64,000 nt of DNA, taken from NCBI GenBank assembly GCA_965116495.1, contig OZ220696.1, positions 2,656,001-2,720,000 on the forward strand, in the 5' to 3' direction. This DNA is from Gammaproteobacteria bacterium (lineage in GTDB: Bacteria > Pseudomonadota > Gammaproteobacteria > Eutrophobiales > Eutrophobiaceae). The position numbers and the translations under genes were made by a program. Below are positions 30,784 to 40,812 of the stretch, in pieces; positions within the stretch are counted from its first letter, which is position 1; every line of letters begins with the position of its first letter. The notes below the pieces were generated by a model that made no database searches, was not told the origin of the DNA, and saw only the letters and a list, made by a program, of their open reading frames with translations.

Positions 30784-31871
30784 AAGAGGTCAGCTTCTCA
30801 CAGAGATTGCACATTGACGCACCCCTGTTGTTCGGGATCCTGGTGGTAAGCCTGATCGGATACGCGGTGTTGTACAGCGCCAGCGGGCAGGACGCGAATT
30901 TGATCTTTCGCCGTTCAATTCACCTGGCGGCAGCCCTGGTGGTGATGTTTGCCATTGCCCAGGTACCCCCCACCCGTTTATCCCACGTCTCTGTCTGGTT
31001 CTACCTCATCAGTCTCGGCCTGTTAATCCTGGTTTTATTTTTTGGCGAGACAGGGAAAGGCGCGCAGAGATGGTTAGGCTTTGGCCCGTTTCGCTTTCAA
31101 CCATCGGAACTGATGAAGCTGGCCCTGCCCATGGTGATTGCCCGTTATCTCACTGAACAACAACCGCCGCCCACTATCTCGAAGGTAATTGTGACATTGC
31201 TCTTTATCATCGTGCCCGTGTTTCTGGTAGCGAAGCAGCCGGATCTCGGCACGGCAATGCTGATCGCGGTCAGTGGCTTTGCTATCCTGTTCATTGCCGG
31301 GATCAGTTGGAAATTACTTGCGGGTTTTTCTGTGGTTGCATTGTCGTCTGCGCCGGTGATATGGAACCTGATGCACGATTATCAGAAAAAACGGGTACTG
31401 ACGTTTCTGGACCCGGAACAGGACCCGCTGGGTGCGGGGTATCACATTATACAGTCCAAAATAGCCATCGGCTCCGGCGGGTTGTACGGAAAAGGCTGGT
31501 TAAACGGAACCCAGTCACACCTGGAATTTTTACCTGAACGATCCACGGATTTCATTTTCGCGGTTTTTTGTGAAGAGTTCGGGCTGATAGGGGTATTGGT
31601 CCTGGTCACCATATACCTGTTCATCATTGCCAGGTGCCTGTATATTTCCATGCAATCACAAGACCTGTATGGAAAGTTGCTCGGTGTGGGTATCGTAACC
31701 AGTTTTTTTGTCTACATAGCCGTCAATATGGGGATGGTGTCAGGGCAATTGCCGGTCGTGGGTATACCCTTGCCGCTGATTAGCCATGGTGGTACATCCG
31801 TAATGACGATCATGGCGGGCTTCGGTATCCTCATGGCAATCCAGACCCATAGAAGACTACTGTCAAATTAA
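30780..31871 (+). CDS. rodA: peptidoglycan glycosyltransferase RodA
   Basis: GAQRW, QPSELMK, QPDLGT, FLPERSTDFIF (SEDS family). Confidence 0.95.
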   Translation: MKEVSFSQRLHIDAPLLFGILVVSLIGYAVLYSASGQDANLIFRRSIHLAAALVVMFAIAQVPPTRLSHVSVWFYLISLGLLILVLFFGETGKGAQRWLGFGPFRFQPSELMKLALPMVIARYLTEQQPPPTISKVIVTLLFIIVPVFLVAKQPDLGTAMLIAVSGFAILFIAGISWKLLAGFSVVALSSAPVIWNLMHDYQKKRVLTFLDPEQDPLGAGYHIIQSKIAIGSGGLYGKGWLNGTQSHLEFLPERSTDFIFAVFCEEFGLIGVLVLVTIYLFIIARCLYISMQSQDLYGKLLGVGIVTSFFVYIAVNMGMVSGQLPVVGIPLPLISHGGTSVMTIMAGFGILMAIQTHRRLLSN

Positions 31872-31872
31872 T

Positions 31873-32934
31873 ATGAAATTCAAAACAGTTATTGCCGGCG
31901 CGACAGGGGACGGAATTCAATTCTGTCCCCATTGTCGAATTAATGTGAAATTCAGTATCGCTGTTATCGGTTGTGTTTTTCTGTTTTTCAGCCACGCCAG
32001 GGCGGACCTGCTGCAGCGCGCTGAGGTTACCTCCTTTATCCGGGATATGGTTGCAGAATATAATTACGATGCGGATGAATTGAATGACGTTCTCGGCAGG
32101 GTGCAGCTTTCAGAAAAAGTGATTGCCGCCATTTCAAGACCCGCGGAAGCCCTGCCATGGTACCGCTACAGGCTGATATTTATGAAGTCCGGCCGTATAA
32201 AAGGTGGAGTTGAATTCTGGCGCCGGAATAAAACGCAACTTCAACGCGCCACCGAAGAATACGGCATCCCGGCAGAAATCATGGTCGCCATCATAGGAGT
32301 TGAAACAAAATATGGCCGCATCAAGGGTAGTTTCAAGGTCATCAATTCGCTGTCGACCCTGGCGTTTGATTACCCGAAACGCAGCAAGTTCTTCAGCCGG
32401 GAATTGAAGCATTATCTGCTGCTTACCCGGGAGCAATCCCTTGACCCGCATTTATTGAAAGGTTCTTATGCCGGGGCAATGGGTATCCCGCAATTCATAC
32501 CCAGCAGTTATCGCGCGTATGCCGTAGATTTCGATAAGGACGGCCTGACTGATATCTGGAAGAACCCGACTGATGCAATCGGCAGTGTCGGGAATTATCT
32601 TAAACGACACGGTTGGATAGAAGGTGCAGAGATCGTCATTCCCGCCGATATCCCGGACGGGGACGTTTCGGCGTTGCTGACAAAGGGACTTGAACTGAAA
32701 CTGACCATGGCGGACGTGGCAGCAAGCGGAGTCACTACAGGTACAGAGATTGATGCGACGGAAAAAGTCAAATTACTCCAGCTTGAAAACAGGGATGGTC
32801 ATGAATACTGGGTGGCGCTAAATAATTTTTATGTCATTACCAGGTATAACCACAGCGCGTTGTATGCAATGGCGGTTTACCAATTGGCAACTGCAATCAA
32901 GGCCCGGTACCAGTCCGACGGCAGAGATTCCTGA
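31873..32934 (+). CDS. mltB: lytic murein transglycosylase B (alternative start GTG 31945)
   Basis: IIGVETKYG, GSYAGAMGIPQFIPSS, VDFDKDG, ITRYNHS. Confidence 0.92.
   Translation: MKFKTVIAGATGDGIQFCPHCRINVKFSIAVIGCVFLFFSHARADLLQRAEVTSFIRDMVAEYNYDADELNDVLGRVQLSEKVIAAISRPAEALPWYRYRLIFMKSGRIKGGVEFWRRNKTQLQRATEEYGIPAEIMVAIIGVETKYGRIKGSFKVINSLSTLAFDYPKRSKFFSRELKHYLLLTREQSLDPHLLKGSYAGAMGIPQFIPSSYRAYAVDFDKDGLTDIWKNPTDAIGSVGNYLKRHGWIEGAEIVIPADIPDGDVSALLTKGLELKLTMADVAASGVTTGTEIDATEKVKLLQLENRDGHEYWVALNNFYVITRYNHSALYAMAVYQLATAIKARYQSDGRDS
31906..31930. repeat. REP-like palindrome at the 5' end of mltB
   Basis: GGGGACGGAATTCAATTCTGTCCCC. Confidence 0.75.
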
Positions 32935-32961
32935 ACGTTTTTTCATTTACACCAATGGATT

Positions 32962-33795
32962 TTGCCTTCCGTGATCTGTGAGCCCTGTGCGATAATCCGT
33001 AAACGGATTTTGCCGGTATTGCTGCTTTCGGCAATATCAGCCTGTTCTACCGCCCCACAGAAATACACCACCCCAAGTCGCTCGCAGGCGGAACTGGCGA
33101 AAATACCTGATGCCGTACCAAAAGTTGAACCAAGAAGCAAACATGGCAACATGAGAACCTACGAGGTATTTGGAAAAAGGTACTACGTCCTGGATAGCGG
33201 CGACGGATTTACACAAAAAGGCATTGCTTCCTGGTATGGGCCAAAATTTCATGGGAAAAAGACCTCTAACGGCGAAATTTACGATATGTATACCATGACC
33301 GCGGCGCACAAAACATTGCCGTTGCCCTCGTACCTGGAAGTGAAAAACCTGGAAAACGGGAGAAAAATCATTGTCCGGGTTAATGATCGTGGACCATTTC
33401 ACGACAACCGGGTCGTTGATTTGTCTTACACGGCGGCCATTAAGCTGGGGATGATTGCGGAGGGAACGGCCCTGGTAGAGATTCGCGCGATTAATCCCAG
33501 AACCCACAAGGGAGGAGGCAGTCCGGTCCAGACCCGGCCCGAAAAACCGGGGAAAAGCAGAGTATTGGATTTTTACATCCAGGTAGGCGTCTTTTCTGAA
33601 TTTAACAACGCGGAAAGACTGAAATATAAACTTCAGGAGTTAGACACGCCAATCACTGTAGAGCCAGCCATGTTGGACAGTGGTGTCGCTTTTCGCGTTA
33701 AAATAGGTCCGTTAAATAATATTGAGGTCGCGGATGAAATTGTCACCCGTTTAGGTCTGTTTGATATCTACGATCACCGAATCCTTCTGGAGTAA
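32962..33795 (+). CDS. rlpA: septal ring lytic transglycosylase RlpA
   Basis: Lipobox ISAC, GIASWYG, TAAHKTLPLP, VNDRGPF, SPOR domain. Confidence 0.93.
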   Translation: MPSVICEPCAIIRKRILPVLLLSAISACSTAPQKYTTPSRSQAELAKIPDAVPKVEPRSKHGNMRTYEVFGKRYYVLDSGDGFTQKGIASWYGPKFHGKKTSNGEIYDMYTMTAAHKTLPLPSYLEVKNLENGRKIIVRVNDRGPFHDNRVVDLSYTAAIKLGMIAEGTALVEIRAINPRTHKGGGSPVQTRPEKPGKSRVLDFYIQVGVFSEFNNAERLKYKLQELDTPITVEPAMLDSGVAFRVKIGPLNNIEVADEIVTRLGLFDIYDHRILLE

Positions 33796-33800
33796 ACGAC

Positions 33801-34991
33801 GTGTATCAATTTCCACCTGTAAAATACAACCTTGTGAAACACCCGATGTTTAAACTGCTGGTTCTTCTTGCCGGAACCAGTCTGAATAGTGTTGCCCCGG
33901 CCGTCACGGTTATGCCGCTGCCACCTGAAATTAGTGCCGCTTCATACCTGATCATGGATGCCGATAGCGGATTTCATCTGGTGGAGAAAAATATAGACCA
34001 GAGAGTGGAACCGGCCAGCCTGACCAAGATGATGACCGCTTACGTGGCTGCCAGCCAGATAGCCGGGGGCCATATCGCCATGAGCGATGAGGTGACCGTC
34101 AGCAAGAAGGCCTGGCGCATGGGCGGCTCGCGCATGTTCATTGAGGTGGGGAAACAGGTCAGTATCGAAGACCTGTTGAAAGGCGTGATAATCCAGTCAG
34201 GCAACGATGCGAGTGTGGCTCTGGCCGAACATATCTCTGGCACTGAAGAGGCGTTTGCCGGGCTCATGAATCACTATGCTTCTGAACTCGGAATGAGCGG
34301 CACGCATTTTATGAACAGTTCGGGATGGCCCGATGGGGAACACTTTACGACGGCCAGGGACCTGGCGATCCTGGCGCGCGCCATGATCCTGGATTACCCG
34401 GATATTTACGCGTTGCATTCCATCCGGGAATTTACCTACAACAACATAAAGCAGTCCAATCGAAACCGCCTGTTGTGGAAAGATTCAAGCGTGGATGGGA
34501 TTAAAACGGGACATACCGAAAGCGCGGGGTATTGCCTTGTGGCTTCATCGGTACGGGACGGGATACGCTTGATCTCAGTAATTATGGGGGCAGGTGGAAC
34601 CCAGGCCAGGACCGATGCCACGCGGGCATTATTGAATTATTCATACAGAGTTTTTGAGACGAGAAAACTGTATGCTGCCAGTGAGACGGTAACCACCGTC
34701 AAGGTATGGAAAGGGGACCGTGACAGTCTCGATCTCGTTGTGGAGGATGATATCGTATTGACCTTGCCGAAAGCACAATACGAACAGGTTCAGACAGTGA
34801 TGACAGTTGAAGAAAAACCGATTGCGCCCATTACATCGGGCCAGAAACTGGGAGAGATAAAATTGTTGCTGGATGACGAGGTCATCGCAAGCAGGTTGCT
34901 GGTCGCGTCCGAAGCCGTACCGGCAGGGAGTTTTTTTGTCCGACTCAGGGACCATATCAAACTTCACTTGAAGTCCCCGTCTCGCCAATAA
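33801..34991 (+). CDS. dacA: D-alanyl-D-alanine carboxypeptidase
   Basis: PASLTK, SGNDA, KTG motifs. Confidence 0.93.
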   Translation: MYQFPPVKYNLVKHPMFKLLVLLAGTSLNSVAPAVTVMPLPPEISAASYLIMDADSGFHLVEKNIDQRVEPASLTKMMTAYVAASQIAGGHIAMSDEVTVSKKAWRMGGSRMFIEVGKQVSIEDLLKGVIIQSGNDASVALAEHISGTEEAFAGLMNHYASELGMSGTHFMNSSGWPDGEHFTTARDLAILARAMILDYPDIYALHSIREFTYNNIKQSNRNRLLWKDSSVDGIKTGHTESAGYCLVASSVRDGIRLISVIMGAGGTQARTDATRALLNYSYRVFETRKLYAASETVTTVKVWKGDRDSLDLVVEDDIVLTLPKAQYEQVQTVMTVEEKPIAPITSGQKLGEIKLLLDDEVIASRLLVASEAVPAGSFFVRLRDHIKLHLKSPSRQ

Positions 34992-35021
34992 CAAAACCGC
35001 TGCTGAACCGGGAACAGCCAA

Positions 35022-35867
35022 ATGTCGACGGTCTACCTGAACGGCAACTTTATTCCCCTGGAAAAAGCGCAGGTATCGGTGCTTGACCGGGGCTTCACTT
35101 TTGCCGACGGTGTCTATGAGATCATCCCGGTATTTTCCGGACGGCCATTCAGGTTAACCGAACACCTGAACAGGCTGCAGAACAGCCTGGACGGCATTTC
35201 CCTGGAACTGGATTATAATGGAGAAAAATGGCAGTCATTGATCGATGAGTTGCTCGACCTGGACCGGGTGACGGAAGATTCTTCCATCTACATCCAGGTT
35301 ACCCGGGGGGTGGGTGAGAGGAACCATTTCTACCAGGCCGGTTTTACGCCTACCGTCTTCATGTTTTGCAAACCATTGCAACAGGTGGATGTAAGCCGGG
35401 GCGTCAGCGCGATATTACATGAGGACATCAGGTGGCAATACTGTCATATAAAAGCGGTGGCATTATTGCCGAACGTACTTTTGAAACAACTCGCCAGGGA
35501 TAAAGATGGTTCTCATGAAGCGATTTTATACCGGGACGGGCATATCACCGAAGGCGCCGCGAGCAATGTTTTTATCGTGAGCGATAATACGGTCAGGACA
35601 CCGCCAAAAAGTAACCGGCTGCTGCCTGGAATTACCCGCGACCTGGCCGTGGAATTAATCCGTGATTCCGGTTATCAATGCCTGGAAGCGCCCGTTACCA
35701 AATCAGGACTGCTGCTGGCCGATGAAATATGGATAACCAGTTCCACACTGGGCATTGCCCCGGTGACCACGCTGGACGGCAAACCGGTGAGCGGCGGCAG
35801 ACCGGGTCCGGTCTGGCACGAGGTTGATGCGATTTACCAGGCGTTCAAGAGATCGGCCGGGAGATAA
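35022..35867 (+). CDS. dat: D-amino-acid aminotransferase (class IV PLP)
   Basis: DRGFTFADGVYE, YIQVTRG, HIK, TEGAASN, LPGITR. Confidence 0.85.
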   Translation: MSTVYLNGNFIPLEKAQVSVLDRGFTFADGVYEIIPVFSGRPFRLTEHLNRLQNSLDGISLELDYNGEKWQSLIDELLDLDRVTEDSSIYIQVTRGVGERNHFYQAGFTPTVFMFCKPLQQVDVSRGVSAILHEDIRWQYCHIKAVALLPNVLLKQLARDKDGSHEAILYRDGHITEGAASNVFIVSDNTVRTPPKSNRLLPGITRDLAVELIRDSGYQCLEAPVTKSGLLLADEIWITSSTLGIAPVTTLDGKPVSGGRPGPVWHEVDAIYQAFKRSAGR

Positions 35868-35925
35868 CTAACGCCTGTTTAGCCATACAATTCAGCGGAA
35901 ACTCCGGAAATTCCGATCAAGCCGG

Positions 35926-37296
35926 TCAGCCTAGTATACGTCCCGGGTTCAGTATGCTCCCGGGGTCCACGGCTTGCTTCAACAGTTTCATCAAGGCTAT
36001 CTCTTCAGCGCTCCTCGATAGATGCAAATAACTGCGCTTTTGTATTCCGATACCGTGTTCGGCGGAGACTGAGCCGTTACAGGCGCCGACGTATTTGTAT
36101 ACCACGTCATAGACCTTTTTCTTATCTTCCGTTCTGTCCACCGTGAAAATCAGGTGGAGGTTACCGTCGCCGATATGCCCGAACACCAGCAGCAAGGTGT
36201 CCGGCAGGAGCTTCTTGATTTCCATTTCAAGCTGTGCCAGGAAATCGGACATTTTATTGATGGGCACGCTTACGTCAAAATTGGCATTGTCCCGTATCAC
36301 GGCCATAGCATCGCCCACACCGTCCCGTATGGCCCAGACAGCCTGTCTCTCGCGTTCGGACTTGCAGACCACGGCATCCAGTATGCGTCCCGCCTCCAAC
36401 TCGTCCGCCAGGGCATTTTCCAGGCCGTTTTGACCGGATTTATCACTGATTTCGGTTAACACATAAATGGGATATGCCTCATCAAAAGGGCTGCTGATAC
36501 TCGGCACATGTTCAATGATGTAGTCATAATAACTGTCCCACATGACCTCAAATGAACTGAGGGACCCGCTGAATTCCCGGCTCATGAAATGCAGGAACGA
36601 TATCACATTGTCAAATGACGGCAACGCGACCAGCGCGGTACTGCGGCTTTCCGGCATGACAAACAACCGCAACACAGCACGCGTGATAATCCCCAGGGTC
36701 CCTTCGCTGCCTATGAACAGGTGTTTCAGGTCGTAACCGGCGTTATTTTTCAACATCTTGTTCAATGAAGAAATGACCGTGCCGTCGGGCAGCACGACTT
36801 CCAGACCCAGTACCAGGTTGCGGGTCATACCGAACCGGATCACCTCATTGCCGCCGGCATTGGTCGAAATATTACCGCCGATATTGCAGGACCCGCGGGC
36901 ACCCAGGTCGAGCGGAAACAGGAAGCCTGCCTGTTCCGCGGCATCCTGTATGGCCTGCAGCGGCGTACCGGCGAGCACGGTCATGGTCATTGATTCCCGA
37001 TCAAGTTCCTCGATGCCGGTCAGACGCTCAAGGGACAATGCAATTTCCTCTTCCCGCGGAGTGGCACCGCCGCATAATCCGGTGAGCCCGCCTTGCACGA
37101 CTATTTTCTGGTTGTTGGATGAGCAGATGCGCAGGATGTCGGAAACCTGTTCGGTCGACGCAGGCCGGGCGACGGCGACAGGCGCATGGGCTGTTTCCCC
37201 GGAGCTGTCGGCGTGGTATTTTTCGGAAATCCCGGTACCGGTCAGGATAACGTCCGGGCCAAGTTCCTCGATTAACTGTTTGATTGTGTTGTTCAT
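35926..37296 (-). CDS. FAD-linked oxidase (D-2-hydroxyacid dehydrogenase/GlcD-like)
   Basis: QGGLTGLCGG, GGNISTNAGG, GSEGTLG, GHIGDGNLH, SAEHGIG. Confidence 0.88.
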   Translation of the reverse strand: MNNTIKQLIEELGPDVILTGTGISEKYHADSSGETAHAPVAVARPASTEQVSDILRICSSNNQKIVVQGGLTGLCGGATPREEEIALSLERLTGIEELDRESMTMTVLAGTPLQAIQDAAEQAGFLFPLDLGARGSCNIGGNISTNAGGNEVIRFGMTRNLVLGLEVVLPDGTVISSLNKMLKNNAGYDLKHLFIGSEGTLGIITRAVLRLFVMPESRSTALVALPSFDNVISFLHFMSREFSGSLSSFEVMWDSYYDYIIEHVPSISSPFDEAYPIYVLTEISDKSGQNGLENALADELEAGRILDAVVCKSERERQAVWAIRDGVGDAMAVIRDNANFDVSVPINKMSDFLAQLEMEIKKLLPDTLLLVFGHIGDGNLHLIFTVDRTEDKKKVYDVVYKYVGACNGSVSAEHGIGIQKRSYLHLSRSAEEIALMKLLKQAVDPGSILNPGRILG

Positions 37297-37311
37297 GACG
37301 GCATAAATTCC

Positions 37312-37381
37312 GGGGTCAGAGTAAAAACTCTTCAGATTCAGGTTAAAGTATAATATTGCAACGAATTTTTACTCTGACCCC
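37312..37381. repeat. REP-like inverted repeat with 16-bp arms
   Basis: GGGGTCAGAGTAAAAA ... TTTTTACTCTGACCCC. Confidence 0.75.
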
Positions 37382-37464
37382 ATATATCTACTGGTTTATT
37401 GTATGCCAGCTTGACATATTCAGGTTAAAATCTGAAGAACATAAATATAAAAGGTATAACCAGG

Positions 37465-38565
37465 ATGACTTCCAAGGCACCTTTTCGGGCAGATCAGGTG
37501 GGCAGTTTATTGCGGCCGGCCCGGCTGAAATCCGCCCGCGCTGATTTTGAAAACGGCAAGACGGACGCAGACACATTGCGGTCGATTGAAAATCAGTGCA
37601 TCCGCGAAGCGGTCACACGCCAGGAAGCAGCCGGCCTGCAAGCCGTTACCGACGGAGAGTTCAGGCGCGCATGGTGGCACTTTGATTATCTGGGTGGGCT
37701 GGACGGCGTTGAACTGGTCGAGAGCGGGCAAGGCATACAGTTTCACGGGGTACAGACAAAATCGCGCACCATTGCCGTCACCGGCAGGGTGGGCTTCGAT
37801 CAACATTTCATGCTGGACCATTTCCGCTTTCTTCACTGTGTTGCCGGCGTAACGCCGAAAATGACCATCCCCTCACCTTCCGTCCTGCATTTTCGCGGGG
37901 GCAGGAAGTCCATCAGCAAACAGGTCTACCCTGGCCTGGACGAGTTCTTTGCAGATACGGCGGAAGCTTACCGCAGGGCTGTACAGGGGTTTTACGATGC
38001 CGGTTGCCGCTACCTGCAATTCGATGACACGGTCTGGGCCTACCTTTGCTCTGCAAAGGAACGCCAGGCTGCGCGTGATCGCGGCGACGATCCTGAACCC
38101 TTGCCGCGGGTTTATGCCGACATGATCAATCACGCCCTGAAAGACAAACCGGCGGATATGGTGGTGACCACCCATGTCTGCCGCGGCAACTTCCGTTCAA
38201 GCTGGATCTCGGAAGGCGGTTATGAGCCGGTTGCGGAGGTCCTGCTGGGAGATACCGCCTATGATGGCTATTTCCTGGAATACGACACGGACCGGGCGGG
38301 TGGATTCGAACCGTTGCGCTTCCTGCCGCGGGGCGATAAACGGGTTGTGCTGGGACTGGTTACCTCCAAGTCCGGAGAACTGGAAGGCAGGGACGCCATC
38401 AAACGGCGCATTGACGAAGCGGCCCGGTTCGCCGGCGTTGACCAGTTCTGCCTGAGTCCGCAATGCGGGTTCGCCTCCACCGAGGAAGGCAACATATTGA
38501 GCGAGGATCAGCAGTGGAAAAAACTGGAGATGATTGTAGAGCTTGCCCGGGAACTATGGGGTTGA
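37465..38565 (+). CDS. cobalamin-independent methionine synthase II (MetE C-terminal domain-only) family protein
   Basis: RADQVGSLLRP, TDGEFRR, HVCRGN, LEYD, SPQCGFAS (Zn ligands). Confidence 0.88.
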   Translation: MTSKAPFRADQVGSLLRPARLKSARADFENGKTDADTLRSIENQCIREAVTRQEAAGLQAVTDGEFRRAWWHFDYLGGLDGVELVESGQGIQFHGVQTKSRTIAVTGRVGFDQHFMLDHFRFLHCVAGVTPKMTIPSPSVLHFRGGRKSISKQVYPGLDEFFADTAEAYRRAVQGFYDAGCRYLQFDDTVWAYLCSAKERQAARDRGDDPEPLPRVYADMINHALKDKPADMVVTTHVCRGNFRSSWISEGGYEPVAEVLLGDTAYDGYFLEYDTDRAGGFEPLRFLPRGDKRVVLGLVTSKSGELEGRDAIKRRIDEAARFAGVDQFCLSPQCGFASTEEGNILSEDQQWKKLEMIVELARELWG

Positions 38566-38584
38566 GGACTTCCCTGCGCCTCCG

Positions 38585-38704
38585 TTCGTCATTCCGGGCT
38601 TGACCCCCGTTTTCACGGGGGCAGGCTCCGGAATCCAGTAGTCAACAAAACTCCTTATAACGAATGTTTGCTTACTGGATTCCTGCATCTGCAGGAATGA
38701 CGAA
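38585..38704. repeat. GTCATTCC...GGAATCCA-type palindromic repeat pair (REP/BIME-like)
   Basis: TTCGTCATTCCGGGCTTGACC...CGGAATCCAGTA, and the inverted unit TACTGGATTCCTGCATCTGCAGGAATGACGAA. Confidence 0.7.
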
Positions 38705-38735
38705 TCGAGAGTGCAGGATGAGGAACTGGGGCTAG

Positions 38736-40352
38736 CAGTCTGTCGGACTTGGGCGCTGCGATTATCTTTGCGGACCACTTTTCAGGTCTTTTTGTCGCGG
38801 CAAGGCGCACGTGCATGTTGCCTGAACCTATACATGTACATTATGGGGATGTACAGACCTCACCAGGCGCCTGTCCTGACCGGGTAAACACCCACTGCCC
38901 CCTGCATCAGGCCAGCTGCATGTTATGCAGGCGTTTACAGTTGTAGGCCAGGGCCAGTAACTGCCACTCACCGGTCACCTTCTCATGGCCGCGCAGGAGA
39001 AACTGCCGGAACCCCAGGGCCTGCTTCATGATACCGAACACCGGCTCCACGGTCTGCTGCCGCAACCGGTAGCTGGCCCGGTTGTCCGCCTGTGATAACT
39101 TCTCTTGCATCGCCACCAGCCAGGGCGCTTTCGCCGGCTTGGGCTTGGCCGCCTGCGCCGGGTCCGGCAACGGGCGGAAGTCATGCCGCCGGCGCCGGTC
39201 CTCCGTCCCCACCGCCACCAGCACGTCTATCTCCCGACCGGTCAGCGCAGCCACTTCTGTCTCCGTCGCATAGCCGTTGTCCGCCAACACCTGGGCAGGG
39301 GTCCCCAACGCCGCCGGCACCGAGTCAATGTCAGCGACCAATTCGTTGCGGTCGCTGGCGCATTGGCTGACCCGCGTCCCCAGCACCAACTGGCTGCCGT
39401 CCGCATCCACCACCGCCTGCGCATTGTACGCCTGCCGGTACTCACTGCGTTTGTTCTTGCGCATCAGGGAACTGTCCGCATCCGTCAGGTTCACCTGGGT
39501 GTCCTCCGCCGGGGTGTCTTCCGGCGGCTTGATAGGGTGCCCCTTGGCCCGGCCCCGACGCTTCTCACGCGCCGCCACCTTGCGCTCGTACTCGGCCTGG
39601 TCCGCCTGCGCTTGCGCCTTGGCCTGGCGCTCCAGACGTGCGCAGGCCGCATCCAGTTGCGTCGCCAGCGCCTCCCGCCGCGCCAACGCCTTCGGCAACT
39701 GCTGCGGGTCCGCCGCGTCCTGGCTGTCCGCACGCTCCGCTTCGGCCAGCAAATCCTTGACCTCACCCCGCAACTGCTCGCGTAATTCCACCGCCCGGTC
39801 ATAGCGGATACTGCGCCGCTTGCTCGCAGCCGCCTTCACCTTCGTCCCGTCCACACTCACCCGGCCCACCGTCAACAACTTCAATTCCTTCGCCAGCAAT
39901 AACACCTCCACAAAACCCGCCTGTACCGCCTCAAGGTTCTCCCGCCGGAACTTGCAAATCGTGTCATGGTCCGGGTGCGTGTTCGCCGTCACGTAACGCA
40001 CCCCGATATCCCGGTACGTCGCTCGCTCAATCCGGCGCGAGGAAAAAATACCGTTCGCATAACAATAAATCAGCAACGCCAGCATGATACGCGGGTGATA
40101 CTGTGCCGACCCCGTGCCCCGGGTGTTCACCACAAACTGACTCAAAGGCACCCGTTCCACCGCTGCCACGACAAAATGCGCCAGGTCATCCTCGGGTAGC
40201 CACTCGCGTAAATCCGGTGGTAACAGGTAGGGTTGGTTACGGTCACTTTGCACAAAGTTTTCCATCGAAGCAGCCTCTATCGAACAGCGTGTGGTATCAT
40301 CAAATCGTGTCGTCTATTATACCTCTATCCCAGCCCTAAGTCCGACAGACTG
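38736..40352 (-). mobile_element. IS1182-family insertion sequence
   Basis: Terminal inverted repeats CAGTCTGTCGGACTT / AAGTCCGACAGACTG, flanked by CTAG at 38732-38735 and 40353-40356. Confidence 0.9.
38907..40265 (-). CDS. IS1182-family DDE transposase
   Basis: LLPPDLREWLP, SSRRIERA, PDHDTI, VDGTKV, TDADS, ADNGY, RQQTVEPVFG. Confidence 0.92.
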   Translation of the reverse strand: MENFVQSDRNQPYLLPPDLREWLPEDDLAHFVVAAVERVPLSQFVVNTRGTGSAQYHPRIMLALLIYCYANGIFSSRRIERATYRDIGVRYVTANTHPDHDTICKFRRENLEAVQAGFVEVLLLAKELKLLTVGRVSVDGTKVKAAASKRRSIRYDRAVELREQLRGEVKDLLAEAERADSQDAADPQQLPKALARREALATQLDAACARLERQAKAQAQADQAEYERKVAAREKRRGRAKGHPIKPPEDTPAEDTQVNLTDADSSLMRKNKRSEYRQAYNAQAVVDADGSQLVLGTRVSQCASDRNELVADIDSVPAALGTPAQVLADNGYATETEVAALTGREIDVLVAVGTEDRRRRHDFRPLPDPAQAAKPKPAKAPWLVAMQEKLSQADNRASYRLRQQTVEPVFGIMKQALGFRQFLLRGHEKVTGEWQLLALAYNCKRLHNMQLA

Positions 40353-40356
40353 CTAG

Positions 40357-40812
40357 CCCGCATTTCTCACCAGGTCGCTGTCTGCCACCGGATGTTTGTT
40401 TGCAGTCAATGAGTTACTACGCATTCTTCACTATCTCGCCATTTACAGGCTGCGCTTGATGCGCCCTCGCTTGTCTTTTTCCCGCCAGCGGGCACGTGTT
40501 CATTGCGTCCATCCCTGGACGCAACCCTTCGGGCGGCTATCGCCGTGCAAATCGGCTGTCCTGCCGATTTGTCCCTCAACCAGACAAATCTGCCTGGAGC
40601 AGATTTGGACGCTCGCAGAGCGCCCGCAGGGGGCGCCCCAAGGATGGGGCGCATCAACTACGGCTATGCTTTCGGTCGCAGGCACCCGCTGGCGGGACAA
40701 ATCTGCCAGGAGCAGATTTGGACGTCCGCAGGACGCCCGCAGGGTGTGCGCCACGGAAGGCGCACATCTAAAATCCGGCGCGATCATCGCATCACCTGGT
40801 GAGAAATGCGGG
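40357..40812. mobile_element. MITE (456 bp, non-autonomous)
   Basis: Perfect 19-bp TIRs CCCGCATTTCTCACCAGGT, flanking CTAG on both sides, internal hairpin repeats and no credible ORF. Confidence 0.8.

Noticed and set aside
23116-35867. gatCAB-mre-mrd-dat block as novel
   Set aside because: This is a standard conserved gammaproteobacterial arrangement.
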